Positions 16,370-24,698 of a stretch of 39,966 nt of DNA are shown here, in pieces (the first letter of the stretch is position 1; each line of letters begins with the position of its first letter). The notes under the pieces are model-generated. The model was given only the letters and a program-made list of their open reading frames with translations, made no database searches and had not been told where the DNA came from. The DNA is from a candidate division WWE3 bacterium (GTDB lineage: Bacteria; Patescibacteriota; 4484-211; GCA-002791395), in assembly GCA_013335095.1 (NCBI GenBank), contig JAAXWF010000003.1, positions 220,048 through 260,013 of the forward strand. Reading direction: 5' to 3'. The position numbers and the translations under genes are program-made.

Positions 16370-17434
16370 ATGTTGGCATCATCAGGAGTTGATCGCCGCA
16401 CAATCCGTCAGGAAATCAATGAGGCAATCGCTGCTGAATTGAACCAGCTTCATTGTATGACCCGCGAACGAATTCGCGAGATTGCAACTGGTATTTTTGA
16501 TAAATACCAAGTCGAGCGGAAACGGCGTCAGATTCAATTCAACCGAATCTTTAATCGGTTGTGCTTGGAGCCTGACACCTTTACCGATGGGCATTCGCTA
16601 CTTCGATTTCCGCCGGGATGGTGTACCAGCGGCGTTAAGCAACTGAGCTCATATACCTTCTGGGCTTTAATTGCCCATGGAGGGTACAGCTTCGTTGATC
16701 TAAGGATCGCGACATCGGCGTTATCTAAGGAGTTATCTCAGGATGTCGATTTCGTCGTCGATGACCTGATTGCGTCTCAATTGGTGAGTCAGCACGATCA
16801 TGACCTGTTGCCGACCGCAATAGCCCTGCAGCTTGCTGAATGGGCTTTTTCCGATGGCACTAATGAGCGCTTGCTTGGTCATGTCATGACCAGTTGGTGC
16901 TTGGCAACCAATCGACCCGCACTCGATTTTGGTCATTGGTTGGTGGCTTTTCTTCCGGGACGATTCACTCAGCCATTGAATGAATTAGCCGAGTACTTGG
17001 GTCAGCTTTATCAAAAGACGACAAGTGGTGCCTGGGACATTCCAACAACAGAAACCCTCCATTTATCGTCGCTTACCCCAGTCCAAACCGCCATGATCGG
17101 TCATATCGTGGCAATTCTGGCTGAAACTCCGAGTACCATATGGCTTTCCGTACGGCAAATCGCCAAAACGGTGCTCGGCAGCACGGTGGAGTTTCGTGAG
17201 TACTTACGAATCTACGACGAAGTGCTTGCGTTTCTGGAACAAACGAAAGTTATCCAGCGGAGAGGTGTCGACCCTGAATGGTCGACGATTCGGCTGAACC
17301 GCCCAGCAGAAGGAGTGGCACATCACAATGTCCAAGCCGTTGTGATCATGCGCACGAATGATCATGCCGAGATTCAAACCGAGGTACTCGCCATAAAGCC
17401 CAAACAGCTCGTGGTGATTACTGAAGGTGAGTAG
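16370..17434 (+). CDS. Hypothetical protein with probable winged-helix segments, divergent from the array
   Basis: SD AGGAGG; segments ALIAHGGYSFVDL...VVDDLIASQLVSQ and WLSVRQIAK...LAFLEQTKVIQRRG...TIRL have a wHTH-like pattern. Confidence 0.6.
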   Translation: MLASSGVDRRTIRQEINEAIAAELNQLHCMTRERIREIATGIFDKYQVERKRRQIQFNRIFNRLCLEPDTFTDGHSLLRFPPGWCTSGVKQLSSYTFWALIAHGGYSFVDLRIATSALSKELSQDVDFVVDDLIASQLVSQHDHDLLPTAIALQLAEWAFSDGTNERLLGHVMTSWCLATNRPALDFGHWLVAFLPGRFTQPLNELAEYLGQLYQKTTSGAWDIPTTETLHLSSLTPVQTAMIGHIVAILAETPSTIWLSVRQIAKTVLGSTVEFREYLRIYDEVLAFLEQTKVIQRRGVDPEWSTIRLNRPAEGVAHHNVQAVVIMRTNDHAEIQTEVLAIKPKQLVVITEGE

Positions 17435-17456
17435 GGTTGTTCGTTGAAAATAATAT

Positions 17457-17488
17457 GCCCCGGGGAGAACTTCCCCGGGGCTTTTTTT
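17457..17488. terminator. Intrinsic terminator between convergent genes, possibly bidirectional
   Basis: GCCCCGGGGA-gaact-TCCCCGGGGC followed by T7, with A-rich left flank. Confidence 0.9.
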
Positions 17489-17810
17489 ATGGGTCCTTAT
17501 TAGACACTCGTTTGCGAGACGAGCCCGTTTCTGGCGCACGTCTTAACTTATCCAGCACGATAGCTACCGCCACGTTAAACGGAATCGCGTAGAAATTAGA
17601 TTCCACGATTCCGGCACGTTCCTGTATGGATACCCACAGGACGATAACGCCACCACCAAACGGCTGAACCTGGAGTGTTTCGTTTGGTAGCGAAACGACG
17701 AGTAGTTCAGATGGAATGTTCCACCATCGCGAAAGCGCCTGATCAGAATCTTTAAACACCGCAAACTTCCGCTTAAGCACGCGTTCAAGTCGTGCTTCAT
17801 GGGCGCTCAT
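17487..17810 (-). CDS. Hypothetical protein (start revised to ATG 17810); helix/beta/helix pattern
   Basis: GGGAGG-gtgatt-ATG; upstream -10 candidates at 17850-17875; leader hairpin TATCACTG-gt-CAGTGATA. Confidence 0.7.
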   Translation of the reverse strand: MSAHEARLERVLKRKFAVFKDSDQALSRWWNIPSELLVVSLPNETLQVQPFGGGVIVLWVSIQERAGIVESNFYAIPFNVAVAIVLDKLRRAPETGSSRKRVSNKDP

Positions 17811-17951
17811 AATCACCCTCCCTGTATCACTGGTCAGTGATATCCATGACTTATACCAGTACGGATATTATAACCATTAAGAAAAGCCTACCGGTCAATT
17901 GCTATAATACTGGTGCTGATTAAAGTGGTGAATACTATTTCGGAGGTGACT

Positions 17952-18623
17952 ATGTCACAGTATCTGTTGGGATTGGGATTTCATGCCATTATGGCATCCA
18001 TCGTTGCACTGATTCACACCTACGGACATCTATATGCTGCCCGAAAAAGTGGAATCGAAGTTATCGGTTGGTGCGTCGGGCCGATCGGCAACAATCATCC
18101 GAATAAGGAATCGGCAACAATCGGGTATGGGTTACTCCCGTTTTCGAGCCGAATCCAGGCCGATGACTTTCATAACGCACCGATGTGGGCTAAGGTTCTT
18201 ACACTGCTGGGCGGAGCAATCGCCAACCTCGTGTGTGCACTGGTGATCGCTGGAATTCTCGCTACTACCGCATGGATTACACACAACCAATCACTTGTGT
18301 TTCAAGTGATGAGTCGCATTCCACTACTCCAACCGACTCTGGTGCCGCCACTCATTGGATGGATGAAGACTGTCGTGCTTACCGGTGAACTCGGGTCAAC
18401 GCCTGATATCTGGGTATTCGTCATACATTGTGTCGTCATGGTGATATGGTATTCGAGCGCAGCGGCAGTCGTTTCGTTAATGCCAATCGCACCGTTTGAT
18501 TTGGGTAGGATTCTCACACTGCATCGGGGCGGCAACAACACCGCCTTCGACAATAACTTCCACCTATTTGCAGTGGTTGCTCTCGGATTCCTTTTTGTCC
18601 TTATAGGATTGGGAACCCTCTAA
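17952..18623 (+). CDS. Site-2 protease (peptidase M50) homolog with degenerate active site (start revised to ATG 17952)
   Basis: IHTYGHLYAARKSG (HExxH position), GGAIANL, SLMPIAPFDLGRIL (NLLPxxPLDGG position); TGCTATAAT at 17900-17908; SD GGAGGT. Confidence 0.8.
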   Translation: MSQYLLGLGFHAIMASIVALIHTYGHLYAARKSGIEVIGWCVGPIGNNHPNKESATIGYGLLPFSSRIQADDFHNAPMWAKVLTLLGGAIANLVCALVIAGILATTAWITHNQSLVFQVMSRIPLLQPTLVPPLIGWMKTVVLTGELGSTPDIWVFVIHCVVMVIWYSSAAAVVSLMPIAPFDLGRILTLHRGGNNTAFDNNFHLFAVVALGFLFVLIGLGTL

Positions 18624-18629
18624 TATGTT

Positions 18630-18660
18630 GAGCCGGTTGTTTTTAACAATCGGCTCCTTT
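18630..18660 (+). terminator. Intrinsic terminator
   Basis: GAGCCGGTTGTT-ttt-AACAATCGGCTC then CTTT. Confidence 0.7.
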
Positions 18661-18676
18661 CATTCCATAAATATCG

Positions 18677-18991
18677 CTAATGCGGGGGGAGGTATGGTGA
18701 TCTATTTCCATACTCATCAACAGTTCCACAATTGGGACAGCTCCAGTGCTTGCAATTCTCTACCGATATCGGTTCACCGTCTTGAAGATATGTGGAAGGA
18801 CCAAACCACATGTACGATTCTTCACCACAGGTGCTGCAGTCGTACCAAACCAGAGATGAGCGTAAGGGCTCTTCGGTTTGGCTGGCAGAATCAGGTTTTG
18901 ACTCTCCCTGATAGAACATGAAATACCAACCCAGCAGCAGTACTGCTCCGACTCCACACACTAAACACCAAAAATCGATGCCCCTTAGCAT
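18677..18991 (-). CDS. Membrane-anchored zinc-ribbon protein
   Basis: N-terminal hydrophobic helix; CSTCG and CPNCG pairs; SD AGGAGG; TGCTACAAT at 19030-19038 (-). Confidence 0.75.
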   Translation of the reverse strand: MLRGIDFWCLVCGVGAVLLLGWYFMFYQGESKPDSASQTEEPLRSSLVWYDCSTCGEESYMWFGPSTYLQDGEPISVENCKHWSCPNCGTVDEYGNRSPYLPPH

Positions 18992-19042
18992 AACGGGCCT
19001 CCTAATGAAACCGACAGATGTTCAGCGTTATTGTAGCATTCT

Positions 19043-19071
19043 TTGACGCGATATAGTTCGCACACTATAAT
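19043..19071 (+). promoter_or_regulatory. Near-consensus sigma70 promoter
   Basis: TTGACG-17 nt-TATAAT. Confidence 0.85.
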
Positions 19072-19111
19072 GCGGGAAGGCTGTAGGAACTACACATGCA
19101 GGAGGTTGCCG

Positions 19112-19573
19112 ATGCAATCAATACTAACGTCGGCCATTGATCTTTCAATCATTGAGGGGAGTTATGGACCTCAAGTTGCAATAGCGCTTGAGGAAATACT
19201 AGAAGGAGGAGATAGGATTGTCATTCTGATAGACGAAACACTCGATCCATTTGCTCTGAACATGTCGCTCATTAGTACCAGAGAGCATATCTTTCTAGTC
19301 GGTCAACGAGGTGTCTACATACCACTTAACGTATGGTACCAAACCACTCGTGAAAGACTCATCATCAGTAATCAACCGGTCATCGACTGGCACATTTTAC
19401 TAACAGCCCTAAGAACAATGTTTGCAACAAACCAAATTATTGGGGTGGTTGCGGACACACTGTTTTCCCTGGATGATCAACTAAATCAACATCATCGACT
19501 ACGACAAATAGTACATTTACTACTCGCAAATCCAGAACTTCTGATCATTACCGAATCAATCCGCAATGATTAA
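19112..19573 (+). CDS. Hypothetical protein (start revised to ATG 19112)
   Basis: AGGAGG-ttgccg-ATG downstream of the promoter; the TTG start at 19043 is the -35 box itself. Confidence 0.75.
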   Translation: MQSILTSAIDLSIIEGSYGPQVAIALEEILEGGDRIVILIDETLDPFALNMSLISTREHIFLVGQRGVYIPLNVWYQTTRERLIISNQPVIDWHILLTALRTMFATNQIIGVVADTLFSLDDQLNQHHRLRQIVHLLLANPELLIITESIRND

Positions 19574-19580
19574 TGAGTTG

Positions 19581-19612
19581 CCCGGTGTACTATATTGTGC
19601 ACCGGGTTTTTT
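19581..19612 (+). terminator. Intrinsic terminator of the CCGG type
   Basis: CCCGGTGTAC-tatatt-GTGCACCGGG-T6. Confidence 0.9.
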
Positions 19613-19682
19613 AAATCAAACTTGTAAGTTATTTCTTTTTTTCGTATACTAGCGCCACATCATTGCCCCGAAAGATTACCCA

Positions 19683-20609
19683 ATGGGGCAAAAACAACAT
19701 AATAACTTTCTATCAAAAGTATTTAATCGGAAATTATCAGAATCGGAAATATCAACTCCTGAGCGGATAATTGTTATTTGCCAGGGATCAGAGCGTCTCT
19801 CGCTGCTTTTAATAAAACTACGTCATAACTTTCCAAAATCAGCGTTACTTTTATTAGTGTTAGATCGACAACATCATGCCGCTATGCTTGGTGAACTATT
19901 TGAAATCCCAGTTATCCCAATAAATGAGGTCGAACTGATTAGTCAATACATTAGTACGAATAGTAATGAGCAGGTCTGGGCCATCGAAGACCAATATAAT
20001 GATGTATCAAAGTTGAAAATGTTTGTCGACTTCTCAACTCTTCTGGAATGTATCAAAAATGACAAAACATATTCAAGAATTCCCGAACAAAGTTTACTAA
20101 TTGAACCGATCTTAAGTTTATTCAAGCCATTTATTATTCGTTCTTTTAGGCCGTTACTTTACGGAATGGCCGTTACGATATGTGGATTTGTCTTAATTTC
20201 CATCTTCTCTTTCTATTATGATAATCAGAGTAAACCAAATGAGGATAACCGAACACAAATTTCCGAAGCTACAACTAATATTGGTCCAACAATAACGCCT
20301 GTTGCAATATCATTAGGATCTATTACGGTGATAACTCCAACACCTACCACTGAACCGAAACCAGTTTATGAATATACCGTTGAAAAGGGACAGAGTTATT
20401 GGTCTATCGCGCTAAAAGCAGTCAGAGAGTATCAAACAAATAATCATAAAGAATTTGATATCAATACCCAACGTCGTATCGCGAATCAATTAGTACTTAT
20501 GACGAATAGAGAAAGTTTGTATGCCGGGCAAAAAGTGATTTTTGATACGAATTCTATGGACACAGCCGTATACACAATCATTCCATCTCTCGCAACTGCT
20601 AACCCATAG
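19683..20609 (+). CDS. Single-pass membrane protein with C-terminal LysM-like domain
   Basis: Central TM, Thr/Pro linker (TPTPTTEP), YTVEKGQSYWSIA...LYAGQKV. Confidence 0.7.
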   Translation: MGQKQHNNFLSKVFNRKLSESEISTPERIIVICQGSERLSLLLIKLRHNFPKSALLLLVLDRQHHAAMLGELFEIPVIPINEVELISQYISTNSNEQVWAIEDQYNDVSKLKMFVDFSTLLECIKNDKTYSRIPEQSLLIEPILSLFKPFIIRSFRPLLYGMAVTICGFVLISIFSFYYDNQSKPNEDNRTQISEATTNIGPTITPVAISLGSITVITPTPTTEPKPVYEYTVEKGQSYWSIALKAVREYQTNNHKEFDINTQRRIANQLVLMTNRESLYAGQKVIFDTNSMDTAVYTIIPSLATANP

Positions 20610-20610
20610 T

Positions 20611-20639
20611 TTGACGGCATCTTACACATTTGTTACTAT
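20611..20639 (+). promoter_or_regulatory. Sigma70-type promoter
   Basis: TTGACG-17 nt-TACTAT with TG extension. Confidence 0.75.
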
Positions 20640-20682
20640 AGCAAAATCCACCGGAACAATAGCAACGCACAAGGAGGTAGCT

Positions 20683-21024
20683 ATGCTATCAATGAGACCG
20701 GATGGTCACGTCGACCGCACCTGGCGTGACTTGCATCCTCGAGACGAAGGTGTCATTGAGGATGACGAGACGCCCCAAAACCCATTGGAGGCGCAGCGGA
20801 TGTTGCAGGGATTCTGCAATATGGTGACCATGCTGGTTCTTGGAGCCCTGACATTTATGTCAAACTACCGCGAACCGCTGATTTTATCAGGGGTTATTCC
20901 AGTGATGATACTCACAGCAATCGTCGTGAATATCTCATGGAAGAGAGCTGGTTGGGCAATTGGATGGGCACTGTTCATCGGAGCAATCCTCTTGGGTACA
21001 TATGTAGGTGCCTTGCCACTATAG
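20683..21024 (+). CDS. Small membrane protein, ~3 TM (start revised to ATG 20683)
   Basis: AAGGAGGT-agct-ATG; three hydrophobic segments after an acidic N-terminus. Confidence 0.75.
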   Translation: MLSMRPDGHVDRTWRDLHPRDEGVIEDDETPQNPLEAQRMLQGFCNMVTMLVLGALTFMSNYREPLILSGVIPVMILTAIVVNISWKRAGWAIGWALFIGAILLGTYVGALPL

Positions 21025-21039
21025 AAGGAGGCGATCTCT

Positions 21040-21408
21040 ATGGTGCTTCGTTTCCTGGCCTGCCTCATCGGCCGGCATGACTGGGCAGCTTGTGGCTGTA
21101 GAAACTGCCACAAGGAATTGTCGTATGGGCTGACTCATGCATACCCGGCAAACGGGTGTAAATGCACTCGATGTGGCCATGTTGATCCGACTCGAATCCA
21201 CCGCCTCATTGGCTGTGAATGCCATGATTGCGGTACGATTCAGCATCACTGGGTCGGGGACTACCTCGGGACCCAAGATTTGGGGCTCGTAATATCATCA
21301 GCATTGATGTCAAGCACAATGCTGTACCCAACCGGGAGATACTGTTACCGCTGTAAAGTGCGAGAGTATGTTATCCCTGGGTTCTTTACTCCTGGGATAA
21401 TGCCGTAA
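21040..21408 (+). CDS. Cys/His-rich repeat (zinc-finger-like) protein
   Basis: SD AAGGAGG; three H-x(3-6)-C-x-C-x2-C units plus a terminal CYRC; N-terminus CLIGRHDW is DUF1660-like. Confidence 0.75.
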   Translation: MVLRFLACLIGRHDWAACGCRNCHKELSYGLTHAYPANGCKCTRCGHVDPTRIHRLIGCECHDCGTIQHHWVGDYLGTQDLGLVISSALMSSTMLYPTGRYCYRCKVREYVIPGFFTPGIMP

Positions 21409-21417
21409 CCAACTTGA

Positions 21418-21450
21418 TCGGCGTGAACATATCGTTCACGCCGAATTTCT
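21418..21450 (+). terminator. Intrinsic terminator
   Basis: TCGGCGTGAAC-atatc-GTTCACGCCGA then ATTTCT. Confidence 0.8.
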
Positions 21451-21473
21451 AATATTGTTACAATATATCTACA

Positions 21474-21878
21474 ATGATTAAGCTTTCTGAGTTTCTTTTG
21501 ACAACTCAAGACGTTAGATGGTTGTTTCGTAATATTACGAAACTAAGAAAACCATTCCATCTGGTTCGAATTTTTATTCTCATCGCATGGTTATTGATTA
21601 CTCGATTTGTATTACTGTTTAATTATGAACTAGCAATATTCTCTAGCTATTTGCTTAGTATGATTCTTTGGAAGATAGATAGCCGTTTATCAATTGGCCT
21701 CGGTATTTTATGTCTAACTCTAATTCCTCTTTGTGAATTTCTTTCCCGTATTAATATCTTTATTTATGGAGACACCCTTAGTGAATATTTGGCTGTGTAT
21801 GCATTTTATTTTCTTTCAATTGGTGTGATTGTACAGCTTTCTGAATTCTTTAATCCTGATATTGCTAAAATAAAATAA
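21474..21878 (+). CDS. Small AT-rich membrane protein
   Basis: About four hydrophobic segments; TGTTACAAT 9 nt before ATG; no SD. Confidence 0.75.
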   Translation: MIKLSEFLLTTQDVRWLFRNITKLRKPFHLVRIFILIAWLLITRFVLLFNYELAIFSSYLLSMILWKIDSRLSIGLGILCLTLIPLCEFLSRINIFIYGDTLSEYLAVYAFYFLSIGVIVQLSEFFNPDIAKIK

Positions 21879-21958
21879 GACCCATAGGTATTTGTGTTTT
21901 TACGTTATAATATGAGTGTCTATGTGTTGAACGGAAGGCTAGACGCAAGGAGGCGACA

Positions 21959-22360
21959 ATGTCGCAGGCACGGCTACCTTGGGAGTGGCCCAAATGGATG
22001 TCACTAACAGATGTGGGATGCCAGCTTCTGCTGGCACAACTACTATTCGACGTGGCTCCGGTTGGACCGCGCACGCCTGACGAGCGCACCGAGTCTCTTG
22101 ATCGCCAGTTGACGGCAGCTGCCGAAAAATATGGGTTCACCCATAAACGACGGGCCTGGTACGAACGAGCTGCTGAAAAACTGACCCAGCTTTTCAATCG
22201 GCTGGATAATCTCTTCCCAGCGCTAATCCCGATGGAAATTCGCAATCAGGCTGCCGCCAGCCAGTATACCTGGCTGTATGATCAGGGTTTGATTACGCAT
22301 GCCGAACTTTTGGCAATAAAGGTTCGGTTTGGCGATCTCTGGGAATTTACCGGAGACTAG
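21959..22360 (+). CDS. Hypothetical helical protein
   Basis: SD AAGGAGG-cgaca-ATG; TATAAT at 21906-21911; GC-rich like the cassette genes. Confidence 0.75.
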   Translation: MSQARLPWEWPKWMSLTDVGCQLLLAQLLFDVAPVGPRTPDERTESLDRQLTAAAEKYGFTHKRRAWYERAAEKLTQLFNRLDNLFPALIPMEIRNQAAASQYTWLYDQGLITHAELLAIKVRFGDLWEFTGD

Positions 22361-22434
22361 GGCAATAATCCTTGACACAAGAACACTGGTTTTATATACC
22401 AGTAGTACCGTGTCATCTTAGCCAGGAGGCGACT

Positions 22435-22566
22435 ATGAGAGGATGTGTGATCCGGCCAACAACAGCTTGGACCGTGAGGTCCAAAAGGCGGCATACAATC
22501 CGCTACACAATTGGTCCCCGGCCGGGACGCACAAAACGGAAAGCACGCATAATGCGTGCAATGTAA
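22435..22566 (+). CDS. 43-aa Arg/Lys-rich peptide (start revised to ATG 22435)
   Basis: AGGAGG-cgact-ATG; TTGACA at 22372; terminator follows. Confidence 0.6.
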   Translation: MRGCVIRPTTAWTVRSKRRHTIRYTIGPRPGRTKRKARIMRAM

Positions 22567-22591
22567 GGAATTGAACTACGCGTAACATGAT

Positions 22592-22620
22592 GGCCGTCAC
22601 AATTGTGGCGGCCTTTTTTT
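22592..22620 (+). terminator. Intrinsic terminator
   Basis: GGCCGTCAC-aatt-GTGGCGGCC-T7. Confidence 0.9.
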
Positions 22621-22688
22621 GAACTAGTTATTTTCAAATATCCGATATACCACTATTATGTATTTGTCACCACGTGTGACCATTAATC

Positions 22689-22997
22689 GTGCAGGGCTCA
22701 TCGTATGCTTTACCAGCCGACGTCTTGGTTCAGCTCATGAAGGGATCTCGCATGGAAGTAATGCTTCTTTGTGCGTTGGTGATAGCCTATATTGGCTATA
22801 GTACGCTTCGAAACTACCTTCTCGCTACTCATTGTCCGAAAAGGAACTGGGGTCCTCATCGTATGGATCAGAGGAGCAGTGATCAGGTATGTGTCTCATG
22901 TAATTGGCCGATGTATGCGCATCCAGAATTTGCGGTGCGTCTAGCATTATTAGCCACGCTTCGTGATCTTCACAAGCGGTACAACTCTAATCGTTGA
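22689..22997 (+). CDS. Small membrane-anchored protein with C-x6-H-x10-CxxC motif (true start possibly 22737 or 22752)
   Basis: Hydrophobic helix then CPKRNWGPH...CVSC; terminator follows. Confidence 0.55.
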   Translation: MQGSSYALPADVLVQLMKGSRMEVMLLCALVIAYIGYSTLRNYLLATHCPKRNWGPHRMDQRSSDQVCVSCNWPMYAHPEFAVRLALLATLRDLHKRYNSNR

Positions 22998-23021
22998 CGA
23001 TGCGTACGTGAGCTTTGCACC

Positions 23022-23054
23022 CTCCCCGGTTTACCTATAAACCGGGGAGATTTT
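23022..23054 (+). terminator. Intrinsic terminator of the CCGG type
   Basis: CTCCCCGGTTT...AAACCGGGGAG then ATTTT. Confidence 0.8.
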
Positions 23055-23089
23055 GCACCTTTGTTTCAATAAGTGAGTACAATATACAC

Positions 23090-24697
23090 ATGAGGATATC
23101 AATTAAGTGGGTGATTGTGTATGCCTGTATAGTCTTTCTCATACTCGGACCGATGCTCACACCAGGGTATGTTTTCTTTCTAGATTATGTAGTACCGCCC
23201 CATGAAACGCTATTCAAATTACTCGCTTCACCCATCACGCCGCAATTGCCACTCTCCCTTTTTCTCTGGTTATGTTCATTTGTGTTCCCAACATGGATCA
23301 TACAGAAGTTCATCTTGTTTGGAATATTAATTGGTATTCCAATGAGTATGTACCTCGCAACCTCACTTATCATAAAAAATTCATATAATGGGTTGAGTGG
23401 ACTCATATTTCTTCTTAATCCATATGTTTACGAACGACTTTTTGCAGGCCAATGGCTTGTTCTTGCAGGATACGGATTTTTTCCACTATTTATTGGAACT
23501 TTAGTACAGAGTATTCATACTCCGACACGAAAAAAGGTATTACTATCAACGCTGCTATGGCTTGTATATCCCCTGATCAGCATGCACTGGTGGTACATAG
23601 CTACCGTAAGTAGTTGTCTTTATATTGGAATATTGATTATTACAGATAAACCAATACGTCTGACATTTAAACTCAATTGGTGGTTAATTCCACTCTTGGG
23701 AGCTATCTTCATCGCAGTTCATTGGTGGTGGATAGTACCGTCGACTGGTATCGCCAATCTAGTGAGCAATTACACAGTAAATCAGCTGGCTGCGTATCAG
23801 ACATCAAGCGATCCTGTTGTCGGTATTTTATTGAATGTGTTGAACTTGTATGGTTTTTGGCAATCTTCAATACTTCTTCCCAAAGACGGCATTGTATGGT
23901 GGTGGACGATCGGTTTACTAATCGCAGCATCATCTGTTTTTGGTGCATTTCGTTTATTTAAAAAGGATCAGCAAATAGTCATGTTTTTACTATCAATCAC
24001 AGCTTTCTCACTATTTATTGGGATTGGATATGCCCACCCAATCACGAGGCCATTTGCTGTCTGGGTGTACTCCAACATACCTGGTTTTCGAGGATTACGA
24101 GAATCGGCCAAAATAATTGGAGTACTTGCCTTTGTATACGCTTTATTAATGCCTTATGCTGTAATGGTCATTTCGCAAAGTTTGAGTAATCAAAGGTGGA
24201 AAATTCTTATTTTAATAATGGGATTATCAATCCCTATCGTAATGACTCATTCAATATTTTGGGGAGCGTCTGGGCAAGTGACTTCATCATGGTATCCCCA
24301 AGATTGGGAACAAGTAAATCAGATCATAAAAAAATCACCCAGCGGAAATGTACTCATACTTCCATGGCATACATACATGAGATTTCCAATGAACAATTAT
24401 CGGTTGATTGTAGATCCATCAAAGGGATATTTTTCATCAACGATCATCAGTTCGCAACTTCTTGATAATGCATTTGTCGACTCAAATCTCAGTGAATGGG
24501 ATCAAAAAATGTTGTTTTGGTTAAATGACAGTGAGGGACCTAAACAGATCTCACAGTATCTTAACCAACAATCAATTTCATACATTATTCTGCATTCTGT
24601 CGAAGATTATGATCGATATACATTTCTAACACCTGATGTCGTAACAACTGTTTACCAGGGAGATACAATCAGCCTTTACAAAGTCGTGGATAAATAA
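23090..24697 (+). CDS. Polytopic membrane protein, GT-C/AftD-like (start revised to ATG 23090)
   Basis: Many TM segments; NPYVYERL and PGFRGLRESAK, compare PGFNAFREASK in 3989-7648; TACAAT 6 nt before ATG. Confidence 0.7.
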   Translation: MRISIKWVIVYACIVFLILGPMLTPGYVFFLDYVVPPHETLFKLLASPITPQLPLSLFLWLCSFVFPTWIIQKFILFGILIGIPMSMYLATSLIIKNSYNGLSGLIFLLNPYVYERLFAGQWLVLAGYGFFPLFIGTLVQSIHTPTRKKVLLSTLLWLVYPLISMHWWYIATVSSCLYIGILIITDKPIRLTFKLNWWLIPLLGAIFIAVHWWWIVPSTGIANLVSNYTVNQLAAYQTSSDPVVGILLNVLNLYGFWQSSILLPKDGIVWWWTIGLLIAASSVFGAFRLFKKDQQIVMFLLSITAFSLFIGIGYAHPITRPFAVWVYSNIPGFRGLRESAKIIGVLAFVYALLMPYAVMVISQSLSNQRWKILILIMGLSIPIVMTHSIFWGASGQVTSSWYPQDWEQVNQIIKKSPSGNVLILPWHTYMRFPMNNYRLIVDPSKGYFSSTIISSQLLDNAFVDSNLSEWDQKMLFWLNDSEGPKQISQYLNQQSISYIILHSVEDYDRYTFLTPDVVTTVYQGDTISLYKVVDK

Positions 24698-24698
24698 A

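Noticed and set aside
21865-22245. 126-aa minus-strand ORF and other short antisense ORFs inside housekeeping genes
   Set aside because: They overlap better-supported genes on the opposite strand and have no motifs or expression signals.
7659-23000. Prophage or diversity-generating retroelement
   Set aside because: No recognisable structural, terminase, integrase or reverse transcriptase gene, and no near-identical TR/VR pair differing at adenines. Distant phage ancestry cannot be excluded.
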